Source: Trichoplax sp. H2
Lineage: Eukaryota
DNA length: 64,000 nucleotides
Reading direction: 5' to 3'
Assembly (NCBI GenBank): GCA_003344405.1
Contig: NOWV01000262.1
Location: 1-64,000 of the forward strand
Shown: positions 26,901 to 38,000 of the stretch, piece after piece
Layout: each line of letters opens with the position of its first letter
Numbering within the stretch: position 1 is the first letter of the stretch
Notes under the pieces: generated by a model
Database searches by the model: none
The model's input: only the letters and a program-made list of their open reading frames with translations
Told to the model about the DNA's origin: nothing
Program-made: the position numbers and the translations under genes

Positions 26901-29900
26901 GATGTTCTACCGATGGCAAGCCAAAAAATGAACTACGACGGATAATTTTCAATCGATTTCCTGCGATATCACTAATTTAAGATAGTAGTTAAGGAATAGC
27001 GTAGCGAGTATAATAAATTAACAACAGGCAATGCTATGAATGCTAGAATAAATGGATTCTATTAAACTTTGAAATAACAGTAATTTTGATTTAAAAATAT
27101 AAGTTGATTCATAACAATGACATTATAAACTTATAATGTTGCTATTTAAGAAATGATAATTTGGATAAGTTGAATCTTACAGCATGCGAAGTTTCGTCAA
27201 ATTACGAAATGAGTTTGGTTCAATTTCTTCGATACCATTATACTCAAGATATCTAAAGCATATTGAGATAAATAGAAATTAATTTTTAAATATAAATATG
27301 CATTTAGATTGGAATGAATTTATTTATTTATTATGAAATACAGTAAATTTTATGATGTGATAATGATCTCCGTCCTTAAAATTTGTACATGGCTTTCATA
27401 TTAATTATTCCTATATTATCTTTGCTTTTATACTCACATATCTTCTAGTGATGATAGGCAAGCCAAGCTGTCATTTTTAACAATCTTTAAGCGATTACCC
27501 TTCAAATTTCTATGCAATGTATTTTAAATATAGCGAGAAGATAAAAAATTTTACTATAACAAGAAATAAATAAGCTACGAAGTTCTTTATATACAGATAC
27601 TTTCGTGTGAAATTTAAAATACGGATATTTTTTATACGCGTTTTGAATTAAACGTGTAAATAGTTGTGTTGAAAACCATAATTTAATAAAATGTCAATCT
27701 AATTTATATATCGAAACGAACAGGCGAGTTAATGATTGCAAACCGCACAAAGAGTTGGTTTCAATTGTTGAGATGGCATTATATTTAAGTCGCCTGTGAT
27801 ATTGATAAAACATGGTCAAATGCAAATCAATTTTTGGACGTAATATGAACTTCTATTATTTATAGTGATATTTACGTAACAATATTTTAGGAGATTTTAT
27901 TCCACATAGTATTCAATTATAATTTCGGGTCAGAACTGATTTTAAGATCATAAATGTTTTAACTGCTCGTCGATAAAATTTAATAACTAATTTAAAGCAA
28001 CATTATGATTAAAGCTAATATTAATTAGGAGATGTTTACTTAGCATGCTTTTATACTTACAAACGTTTCAAATTCGACAAACAACCAAATTCACCTTGAG
28101 ACATGGCCTTAAGACGATTATTATCTAAAATTCTAGTCAAAATTATAACATCCATTAAAATCCTTATGAAATGACTAACAAGTATTATTTTTACTCTCCC
28201 ATTGGCATATAAATGGTGCAAGATGTTGTTATTTTTACTTACAAATACTGCAAATTTTGCATTGAACAGAAGGCTTTCGACTCGATATGTACCACTGCAT
28301 TTGATCTAAGCATTCTATAGAAATAAAATAAACGAACATTAGCAATAGGCTTAGACTGGAGATTAATGTCAAGATTAAAGCTATGATTTTGGTATATTAT
28401 CGCAATATTAATATACTTTGCTTTAAGGCTTGGACAATTGCAGCAATTAAAAGCATTTCTTTATCATATTTTACTTGTAATTTATTATCAAATTTAACGA
28501 ATAAATACAGTAAAATAATTGGTACAAGAACTTTCAGATACTTTTAGAGAACGAAATACTTGTTTGCATGATCTCAACTAATTTCTCCTAAATTTTACTA
28601 TGGTATTGAAGAATCTGAATTCGGTTTAAAGTATTAAAAAATAACGGTAAAAATGATATCATAACTTGGTACTGATCTCATCAATTACATCAAATACTCA
28701 AACTTTCTATATGAATCATCTGTTACCCTTATCCCACAATTTTAGGTTTCCAAGACAAAATACAGTAAGCATACGCATAAATAAGCTATCAACTTAATAG
28801 TTTTTGAAAGATGTTAAAATCAGGCTCCTTTGCTATTGAAGAGTTAATGCTCAGAACGATAAATAAATGGTAGGCTTCGAGCTATGAAGCTTTTATAGCT
28901 TCACTTACAGTTGTTTCAGATTGGTTAGGCAGTTGAATGATCCATATGTAATAACTTGTAATCGATTAGCTTCTAAGGATCTTTCATATAAATCAAAATT
29001 AGCAAGGAATTTTTTCATTTAAGCACGTACTAAATATAAAAATACAGTGACTAGTAAAACTAACAGATTGGTTAGGCGTGGCAAGCTACAGAATGCATCG
29101 GTTTCAATAACCTCGATGAGGCTGCTCGTAATGTTCCTAAATAAACCATCGAACACAAAAAAAGCAACGCGATATTTAAGTTGCTCTACCGTCTTGTGAA
29201 ACAATTAAAGGAATTGTCTTAATTAGAAAGTTCCTGATTAAAAGCCTAGTTATACTGCAAGTATGACCTTACAAGCGTTCCTAAAATTATGTAGACATTT
29301 ATCCTAGTAATATCTAATGGAATTAAAATAAATTTAAAATTTCAATCTTCCTACTATATCATGCATTATTATACTTATAGCTACCGCTTCGTAAGGTAAC
29401 GCGTACTTCTAATAAAGTCATAAATAATTAATAATTCCTTAAATACGTATTATGTAGCTGTAATGTAACTTAGTATTGTAATTGTAGACTGTTAGCTATG
29501 TTTAGTATAATGTACGGTAGCGTAACTTCTGTATTTATCCTAAGAGATATTTGGTAGCTATAACTATAGACTGTAGTGGTAGAGACTCTATGCTAGAGTA
29601 CAGATGGCTATATACAGTAAGGTGTTGAGTTACTAATAAGGCTATAGGTAAAAATAGAACTGTAAATCATATATTATGATATGGTTAATTGATTGTACTT
29701 TGGCTGGTGTGAATAATGTCTACATAAATACTGTAGTCGTATCCATATCGGATTAAGGATGGTCCGCAGTAGAATAGTGTTACTAAGAATAATTTAACTA
29801 TGTGTGAAATAAGGTAAAAGGTTGCCATGCGGATTATAGCTGCGAATGCTACGAAAAGTATAAAAGCATGCGACTATAGATTATTCTGTTAGTTCGTAGT

Positions 29901-30797
29901 AGAAGTCTTTAGTAGTAGTATTCGGTTAGAGTAGAGCTGTGCGTAGTTAATCTTTGTATAAGATTCAATAAAGCCCTTATTTTTCTAAAATTTGGAATTT
30001 CGTGATTGGTATATATCACAGTAGCATAATAAGTTAAAATTATCCAAAAAATAAAGTACCAATTTTTAAATCTAAAATTAAGGCATATTCAGTATAAAAC
30101 TGAATACCTACATCACAATTAAATTCATATAACGAACAAAACTTTTCGCTTTAATTCTTCTGATACTGGTGTTATTAATTAACCTAAGCGATAAAAATAA
30201 CCGTCATTTCGAAGTTAAGTGATATAATAGATAATAAAATCATTTATCCATTAAAATCATGACTTAGATAGCGTCATAAATATTAGTAGCACCGATCTTC
30301 CTACGTGTAGATACCGCAATAGTATCGATCAATGCATACTGATATATTATTAAAATAGAAGGATTTGAGTTTGTTGACTAATTTACGACCTCGACCAAAG
30401 AGCATATTTGCATTAATCTAAAGTTTTATCAATAGTGAAGCAATTACAAGAATTGATCATATGCACATAATTTTCTGCAGGTGTATTACTAACAGTAATT
30501 TCACGATTTTAATGTCAGTATAATCGATGTTGGGGAGTTCAATTAAGTTACTGCTCGAACAACTTATAGATGAATTGCTGCAATTGCAAATGCTTGGACA
30601 ACCATTATAGATTTCTGTTAGAAATAATGACTAGATCTTAATTCATGATATAAGAAATATAAATAGCACTAAAAATTTTAACATTTTAAATTGAATGCCT
30701 TACCTGCAATTCCATAATTACTTACTATTACCGGCCAAATAATAGCAATCAAGTTAACATACAGGATTGAATGCTGTAGATTGTCTTTAATTTTCAT
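7818..30797 (-). CDS. LGR-like gene 1: giant LRR-containing rhodopsin-family GPCR (RXFP/GRL101-like 7TM, no LDLa), 53 exons, ~1645 aa
   Basis: Exons (all GT..AG): 30704-30797, 30494-30614, 30112-30183, 29065-29136, 28909-28980, 28243-28314, 28061-28132, 27722-27793, 27438-27509, 27181-27252, 26900-26971, 26440-26511, 26275-26346, 25711-25782, 25335-25406, 24780-24851, 24321-24392, 24003-24074, 22463-22534, 22087-22158, 21103-21171, 20930-21001, 20638-20709, 20108-20179, 19864-19935, 19499-19570, 19313-19384, 18603-18674, 18367-18438, 18113-18199, 17806-17868, 17561-17632, 17354-17437, 16501-16572, 16247-16312, 15768-15839, 15503-15571, 15337-15405, 15108-15179, 14891-14962, 14741-14809, 13435-13500, 13226-13297, 13048-13131, 12825-12890, 12622-12702, 11124-11192, 10880-10957, 10079-10150, 9831-9911, 9666-9737, 9034-9105, 7818-8919. 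The sum is 4938 nt (in frame). The exons I translated were open and gave xLxxNxI/L LRRs; I did not translate all of them. Every exon has a same-size paralog in gene 2 apart from the terminal exon. Confidence 0.92.
11416..12495 (+). mobile_element. Solo LTR family A copy 1 (634 bp net) in gene 1 intron 46, carrying a nested element
   Basis: TGTTACA...TGTAACA termini and a perfect TSD ATGCT (11411-15 / 12496-500). Homologous to 46039-46672 and 47738-48367. AATAAA at ~12313. Confidence 0.9.
11565..12005 (-). mobile_element. Nested solo LTR (441 bp) inside A1
   Basis: TGTCAC...GTGACA termini and a perfect TSD ACATC. Absent from the other family-A copies. Minus-strand TATATAA (~11733-39) and AATAAA (~11711-16). 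Confidence 0.9.
14130..14547 (-). mobile_element. Old, diverged and partial family-B LTR copy in gene 1 intron 41
   Basis: The reverse complement aligns to the first ~420 bp of family B (e.g. 'cttactgtatatagtcatctgtactctagcatagagtct' and 'ctaccgtacat...aaacatggctaatagtctacaatt.aaatactaa.ttac.ttaca'). The other end is not resolved. Confidence 0.8.
29459..30020 (+). mobile_element. Solo LTR family B copy 1 (562 bp) in gene 1 intron 3
   Basis: TGTAAT...ATCACA termini and a perfect TSD GTAGC. TATAAAA at ~29859 and AATAAA at ~29968. Near-identical to 40456-41005 and 61569-62132. Confidence 0.92.
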
Positions 30798-32099
30798 GTC
30801 TGCACAATAGGATGATAATAATTACTTTCTGTAATACAATTTAAAAACATAAATGTTAAGGATAAGATTGAATTTGAAGGTCCGGTTAATGTAGCAGAAA
30901 GTTCTCGTTCAATACGATAGTTACAAGTAAGATTAAACAATTCTATTATTTTCCTTTAACAGTATAGTTGAAGGCTGAAGCTTCTAATAATCTAAATAGC
31001 GATATCAATAATTCATTTAATGTATCATTTAATCCGTTGGACTAACGATTTGATAATAGCAATTTAAATTCATCTGAATTATTTTCGCTTATATTTTTAT
31101 CAATTCAAGCTTTACTAGATGATTCCTTAGGGAAGCGTTAAAATAAGCTACTAAGATAATAGAAATAAAATATGAAATTTAAAATAAATTTCGAACATAA
31201 CTAACAACATTTCTTACTGTGACATTATTTATTGGATTATTAAAGATTACCTAAATGTTCTCCTTTTAATAAAGTTAGTAATCTTGAATCTGGTTCTGCG
31301 TATTGCAAAGATTTACACTCGCGGAAGCTATCAAGAGAGATTCTAATAGAATAAAAAATTTAAATTGATTCACCTCATATATATTTTCGATATTAAATTA
31401 AATTAATTTAATTAGTAATCAGTATTGCTATTGCCAAAGAAAGAATTCGATTAGAATCATATTTAAGTATTCAATAGACTGGAAAGTGCTTCTTACCAGT
31501 ATCACGAATTGTCGGGTATGATACTCGTTAAAGACTCTGTACCTAAGGGGAGACTGGTAAAGAATCTTAATCCTTTATCTGCACAGTAATAAAAGTTGTT
31601 CCTAAAATGAAAAAGTGTCTAATTGAGGAAGATAGGCCCATAATAGCCGCCTAATTAATCGTATCCAATTAGATACATCATCGAATACGCTATTGCTTGG
31701 GGAAAAGACTCGAAATCTTTTGTCTCTACTGTTATAACAATGACTTAGATGCATTATTTTGCCAAGGCTTTAAAATATTTGACAGACTGTCTTTAGATAC
31801 GTAGTTTCTAACATTCGTTTCTGGAAAAATTGTTTAAATTGGAAGTTCGCTATATAATAGAATAATATTTTATCACTACACACTCATACATAGGTGTACA
31901 ATATTAAAAATAAATTATAATGAACTATTTTGCAGTATAGAGTACGATTGGCAATGATTCTTCAAAGAAGTTCACAATATTCTCTGTTCTTAACATTATA
32001 AAACACTATCTTATAAGCAGCACAATAGCATTATCTTCCTTTTTATTTTATATTTCATGGTATATAATTATTGTTGGCGATTTACTTTTCAGATGATTA

Positions 32100-32345
32100 G
32101 GGGAAATGAAACTACTTGAGAATTTTATTGAAGAGGAAGTGAAATTATAGATTTTAATGCCCATTTTAAAACAAATTAATGAAACTGATTGGTTGAATAT
32201 AATAAAAATTCCCAAAATTGATGAAGAAGCTTGACAGTATTTGGAAAGAAAGTTTTTTGTTGGGAGAAATTGCAATTTAAAGAACAGTAAACAATATTAG
32301 ATGAAGGGAACCATACTTTGTTCGCACAGAGTGGATAAGAAATAG
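32100..32345 (+). pseudogene. Possible decayed LINE ORF2 (pre-RT region) fragment
   Basis: Purine-rich stretch reading DWLNIIKIPKIDEEA*QYLERKF then, after a frameshift, EIAI*RTVNNI. This resembles the LINE 'P.L.EE....LE..IT..EI..AI..L' segment. Several stops. Confidence 0.35.
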
Positions 32346-32700
32346 TTTTAGCTGTATTCATAAATTTAATTAAATGTTACGAGAAATAAATATTGATTTA
32401 ATGGCATTTGAAGGACCGTCAAGAATAGAACTTTTAAATAAAACATTTTTTAAAGAATAAGTGAAAAGGGTTTATTAGCATAAGTAAATTGAGATAATGT
32501 CATTATTTAGTAGAAAAAAAAGCATACCATTATTAAGAGATCGGATAAGCTAAGCAGGATCCATTAAGCTAATATTAGCCGTACTGGTATTACGTAATAA
32601 TATTAAATACTAGATAGCTGTAAGAAAAAGTTTAGTATTCGGCATATGAACCATTAGTAGAAATATTAGCAAAGCAATTTTGCTACTAAATGGCACACCA

Positions 32701-32925
32701 AAAAAGAATTGTAGATTAATATTTTAATATTTAAATAAATTGGCTATAAAGCGCTCCGTAACTAAACCAGCATGCTGAAATAAATTTATATGTCCTATTT
32801 ATGAAATTAATCTACTGCAAAGTATATTGAAAAGAATTGTAGTCTAATATCATGATGTTTTACATAGCTGGCCTTAAAGCGCTCAGTAATTACGCTATCA
32901 TACTAAACTGAATGAGTATACATGT
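32701..32925. repeat. Two diverged ~95-bp direct repeats (period ~128 bp)
   Basis: 'aaaagaattgtag..taatat...tggc.t.aaagcgctc.gtaa.ta...cat.ct.aa' at ~32702 and ~32830. Confidence 0.65.
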
Positions 32926-33315
32926 TAGTGTCTGTCATAAAGTTAGTTCGCTAACCTATTTTTATTATATTTTCCTTAGCTAACAGATTTTGGTATTTTT
33001 TTTAAATCTGTCATCTGTGACGTTATTCATTCTTGTATAGATAAAGGCATAGCTTCACAATATTTTCTAGAACTTATAACCAATATTTTCTAAATTGAGT
33101 ACCATTTGAGTGTTTTTTAAATAAAGTTTTTATTCACTTCGTCTAAAGAGACTAATGGTGTTGCTGTTTTCTTGGCGATAGGTGATCGTCAGTATTTAAA
33201 ACGATAATGAAGATATATGTCACTGAGGACAACTTGGCAATAAACTCGTGGAGGTTGTTTTTTTGTAATGATTTTATTTTTTGCCTTTACAAATTTCAAA
33301 TTGTAATAAAGTGAC

Positions 33316-33900
33316 TGTCGTAGTCAGCCCACGACAAGGAGACCTGGGCCTTTGAAGTTGTATGAAAACTAAGGCTACCACAGCAACCACAGCAAGTATG
33401 CCTCAACAGGCTAAGCGTAGACTAGTCTTAGGCTTTTAAAATAGTTTATTGAACGAAGGTAGTCTTGCCATCCAAGACTACTCTGACCCCACGGTCAACC
33501 GACAACTGATCTGCTAGTGAGAGCGCTAGGCTTTATATACCCTAGCTCGGTTGCACTCGGTGCACAGCTTAGGTAAACAACTCTAAAACATACAGCTTTT
33601 GTATAGCCGACTGTCTATATGGTTTAGTATGGCAGACGGCGTAAACAACACTAATGAGTTATGAACTAATTAAGAGCTAATTAAAAACCAAAGGCTCAGC
33701 ACAAAGTAACAGAAATTACTATGGTGTGAATATTACTTATCACCTCTGTAAATACATTGCTCTGCACAGAGTCTACAACAAGTATAATTAGACTACTAAT
33801 AATGTTACAATTATCCCATAGCTATTAAATAATAAAATCTTAATTACTAATTACTAATGCTAATGCCACAATTAATTGATGGAGTCTATACTCCGTCACA
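33316..33900 (-). mobile_element. Solo LTR family D copy 1 (585 bp), 67 bp downstream of the gene 2 stop codon
   Basis: TGTCGT...GTCACA termini and a perfect TSD GTGAC. Minus-strand TATATAAA (~33532-39) and AATAAA (33445-50). Confidence 0.9.
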
Positions 33901-33967
33901 GTGACACAATGTATACAGAATGCCATAATTATATAGCTAAAAAGCAATTTTTCTCCAAAACAGTTTC

Positions 33968-35075
33968 CTAATTCACATCGATCGCATTGCCGTTTGAATT
34001 GATAACAAAAACCCTTGAGCTACATAGACCTATACGACTAGATCTGCTTCGATTCTTTGGCTTGCTACATAAGCCAGCCAAGCAAGTTACTGGATGAATA
34101 AATAATCTCTTAATTACGGCTTTGCTTGTTATGGTGTACAAAAATGGATTAAGAGCAGAGTTAATCGGTAATGCAAAAATACCGATAAATTGTAATGTGA
34201 TCACATTAACGCCTTTACTTGTAACGAAACCGAAATTATTAACCGCATAATATGGTACCCAGCTAATTAAATTGGTGAGTAGTATGATTGATAAGCGCAG
34301 TGCAAGTACTTTATTTTCCTTATTAGCTGATTTCCTAGCAGCTTTTCGAGTCTTGCGAAAGGATATAAACATTGCTATATAAAGTGAGAACGTAATAATC
34401 CAAGCAAAAATTGTAGAAACAATATAGGTTATCATCCAAATGCGGTAGGAAGGGTTCTCATAATTGCTTGGCATGCATATGCTGTTATAGGTGTATAATC
34501 GTAGTTCACCAGGTTGATTAATACTGAGTAGTGCTGGAATAAGTGCAAATAAAAAGCATACTAGCCACGTTATACAGGTGATTACTCGAGTAGCAGATAT
34601 GCTTAGTTTTTTTGCTTTAAGCAAATATACAATAACGATGAACCTATCGGCACTGATAATTAGCATTAAAAATACAGATACTAAACTGGATGTAGTCACA
34701 AGAATACAGGATATTACACATAACGGATTTCTTAGCCAATTCTCAGATTGTAGACCGTATTGTTCTTGGCTACTGTACGTTGAGTTAGCAAACGCTATGA
34801 TGAATAAATAGATTGACATCAAGAAGTCGGACATAGCCAGATTATTAATTAATAGTACATGGACTTTCTTTGCCGAATTGCCTATGCAGCAATTTTGTAT
34901 AATAACCAAAATATTACCCAAAAAAGCTAGGCAGCCGACAACCCAGACAAAAGATTGCATTGAAACATGAGCAAGTAGATGTTGACAAGATGATAAAGTA
35001 TCTGATGACACTGATGGCTCGCAAGTCACAATTTTTGCGGGTATCATGCAGCAAAAGTATGGACGATTAGTTAGC
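33968..35075 (-). CDS. Terminal exon of gene 2: hinge plus 7TM domain
   Basis: PYFCC...CEPSVSSDTLSSCQHLL, NLAMSD, SADRF, TNLISWVP and LPINSALNPFLY. Clearly paralogous to 7818-8919. Confidence 0.95.
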
Positions 35076-38000
35076 CTATAAAAAAATTCAGTGGTAATGA
35101 TGAGAGTATGAGTAACAGTTAAAAGTTAGAGTAGGTATTTAAATTAAAACAGCATCGCTAAAAACGAAATTGCCAAATTCACTTACGTTTCCATCAACTT
35201 TGCTGGACCAAAAAATGACCCTCGGGAAATATAGGCCAATGAATTCTTTCGTAAATCTCTAAGACACGAAGATGCCGATTTTTGTTATTTTACAATTATG
35301 ATATCGCAGAATGGTGTATAAAAAGATAAAGATTATCTCTTAGCAAGCAAAGAATTGACTTTCTGTTTCAATATTTGAATCAAGCTGATACGGTTTCTCC
35401 TCACCATAAATATTGGATAGGATAAAATATTATTAAACTTATTAATGAGTTACAGATAATATTATTATTAGAATTTGTATGAGAAAGATAAAGTTAAAAT
35501 TAAGATACTGTATCAAACTTGACGGTGTACAGACTCCGTAAATTAATCGTAGCGTTAGTTTCAGTAATTCAGATTTTATTAGTTATTAATAACCTTTATT
35601 TATTAGGTGCTCCTTAATTGTAATTCTATTAGTAGTCTAGTCATACTTGTTGTAGACTCGAGCAGAATGGTGTACTTACAGAGATGACAACTAATATTCA
35701 CACATAGTAATTTCTGTTACTTTGTGCTGAGCCTTTGATTGTTAATTGGCTCTTAATTACTTCGTAACTCATTAGTGTTGTTTATGCCGTGTACCATACT
35801 GAACCATATAAACAGCCGGCTCTACAAATCTATATATTTTTAGGGTAATTTACCTAAGCTGTGCACGAAGTGCAGCCGAGCTAGGGCATATAAAGCCTGG
35901 TGCTCTCATTAGCTAGTGAGTTGATGATTGACCGTGTAGTATACGCGTGTAGTTAGAGTAGTCTTGGATGTCAAGACTACCTTGGTTTGATAAACTAATT
36001 TAAAAGCATAAGTCTAGTCTACTCTTAGCCCGTAAGGGGCACATTTGGCTGTTGTAGCTTTAGTATTTATACAGATTCAAAGACTCAGGTTTCCTTGTCG
36101 TGAGCTGAACACGACACTATCTTAACATCAATACATATTACTTATTAGACTGCAGTGTTGAGGGTATTTAACTGAACTCTACTGGTTATCGTAATATATT
36201 TAAATTAGTACATATTACCTACAGTAATTACTAGGTTAAATTCTCTATAGTCAAGTAAATTACTCTTTAGTTTCTTAGTTAACATTCCTTTTCTCTGAAT
36301 TCTGGAAATACATGCACATAAGTATATAAGCCAGCTACTAAAATTATTAAAGATCAGTTGTAATGGGAGTTACTTAGTGGAGTACGTTACTTCTTCGATA
36401 AAGCTAATTCATGGCAAGTTTTACTTTGATTCATTTTTCAGTCACAAACGTGTGATACAAGGGTACGCATATGTGAAAATCAAATTGATTTTCAAATATC
36501 TAAATGTATGAATATATCAGTACTGAATAATGATCAATAATGTACAGTGGCACTATTATTAATGTGGTTCATATTCGTCCAACATCAGCTGCTTTTCGTA
36601 ATGTGATGTTAATTTGGCTAATGTAAATGGATCAAACGGTTACAAATATCAATCTTTGTCAGAAAGCTGCGATATCGTTTATCGACTAACTAGGAAGAAA
36701 TCGGAAACACGCTATGCTATGGTGAATAAAATTTGCTTTCCATTTCTACGTAAAGCACTTACAACTTTCGCAGGCTTGGCAACCCCTTAAAGCATCCTTC
36801 TTGGAGATTGTTGATCTTATTTTTGCTTGCATCGCTTTATTATCAATTTATGATTTCATAGTTTAGTGCTAGCAGTATTTGTACTTTGTGCTCAAATATA
36901 AATTAACATTGGCAAAATAAATCTTCCCTAAATTTAAGACTTACATTTCTTGTATATTGGGAAATATTTCTACAAAATCAAGATTTGGGCCACACACTTC
37001 TGCTATTTGATTGCTGGAGATATTACTAGTTCAAGTAGGCACACGTTATGATAGCTACGTTACTTGTTAATAACTCTAAACTTTATCAGTCTTAAGATTA
37101 TGCTGTAGTCAAATTCTTGCTAAGAAATGAGTAAAGTATAACATTACCCGATACATTTGATAATGAAATCAGATCATGAGTATCCAAGATATAAACTTAC
37201 AGCTTTTTCAGATTTATATATCGAATTATTTGTGTAGATTTAATGCTTTTTAGACCATTTTCTGCAATACTCCTGAAATAAATGTTAAATATTGTTATGA
37301 AACCGGTTTTAAATATTTATGTTACGAGCTTTTTGATTTGCTTCAAAATGAGGAAAGAAAACAGCATAAGTTTGCAAATTTCGTTTATTATCTGTAGTAT
37401 ACCGAACTATTAAGGTACCACAGAAACTATTTATCGGAATATCAAAAGCTAGATATTAACTATTCAACGCCAACAATGCAATATATTCTTCGTATGATAT
37501 TATTACTACAGTCATTGGCCTCTTCTTTAGCATTGAAATTATGTTTATATTTTTGGTATAAAAGAATTAGTATTTTAATGTAAACATTCTTGATTAAATT
37601 ATAAAGGCGAGTATTTTATTCATCTTACAGTTCCGTTATTAAATTTAAATCGTTGCCAGAGACATCAAACATATCAAATTCACGTAAGTTGTTGCCATTT
37701 AATGATCTGTTATTAATGAAAGACTTGATAATATTAATTATATGGGCCTGCTATGAAGTTTACGTAATTAACTCTAACTCTTGAATACTTGAAGAAGTTT
37801 AGAATATGAAGTTCTTTGAAGTATCATTATTCTTAGAATATTATCTTGTTGTATCGTACTGTTAATATAATATCTTGTACTTACAAAACTCTAAGATAAT
37901 CAAATGCAAACGCTTTTTCTGGGATGGCTGAAATGTTGCATTTATTTAGATGACTATAAACAGGATTATTGATTGTCAAGTTAGGACAGGTAACGCTTTA

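Noticed and set aside
34578..34811. Plus-strand ORFs overlapping exons (also 14649, 19110, 21988, 24708, 42404, 45564, 58527, 59967)
   Set aside because: Antisense shadows of LGR exons and introns with no recognisable protein features.
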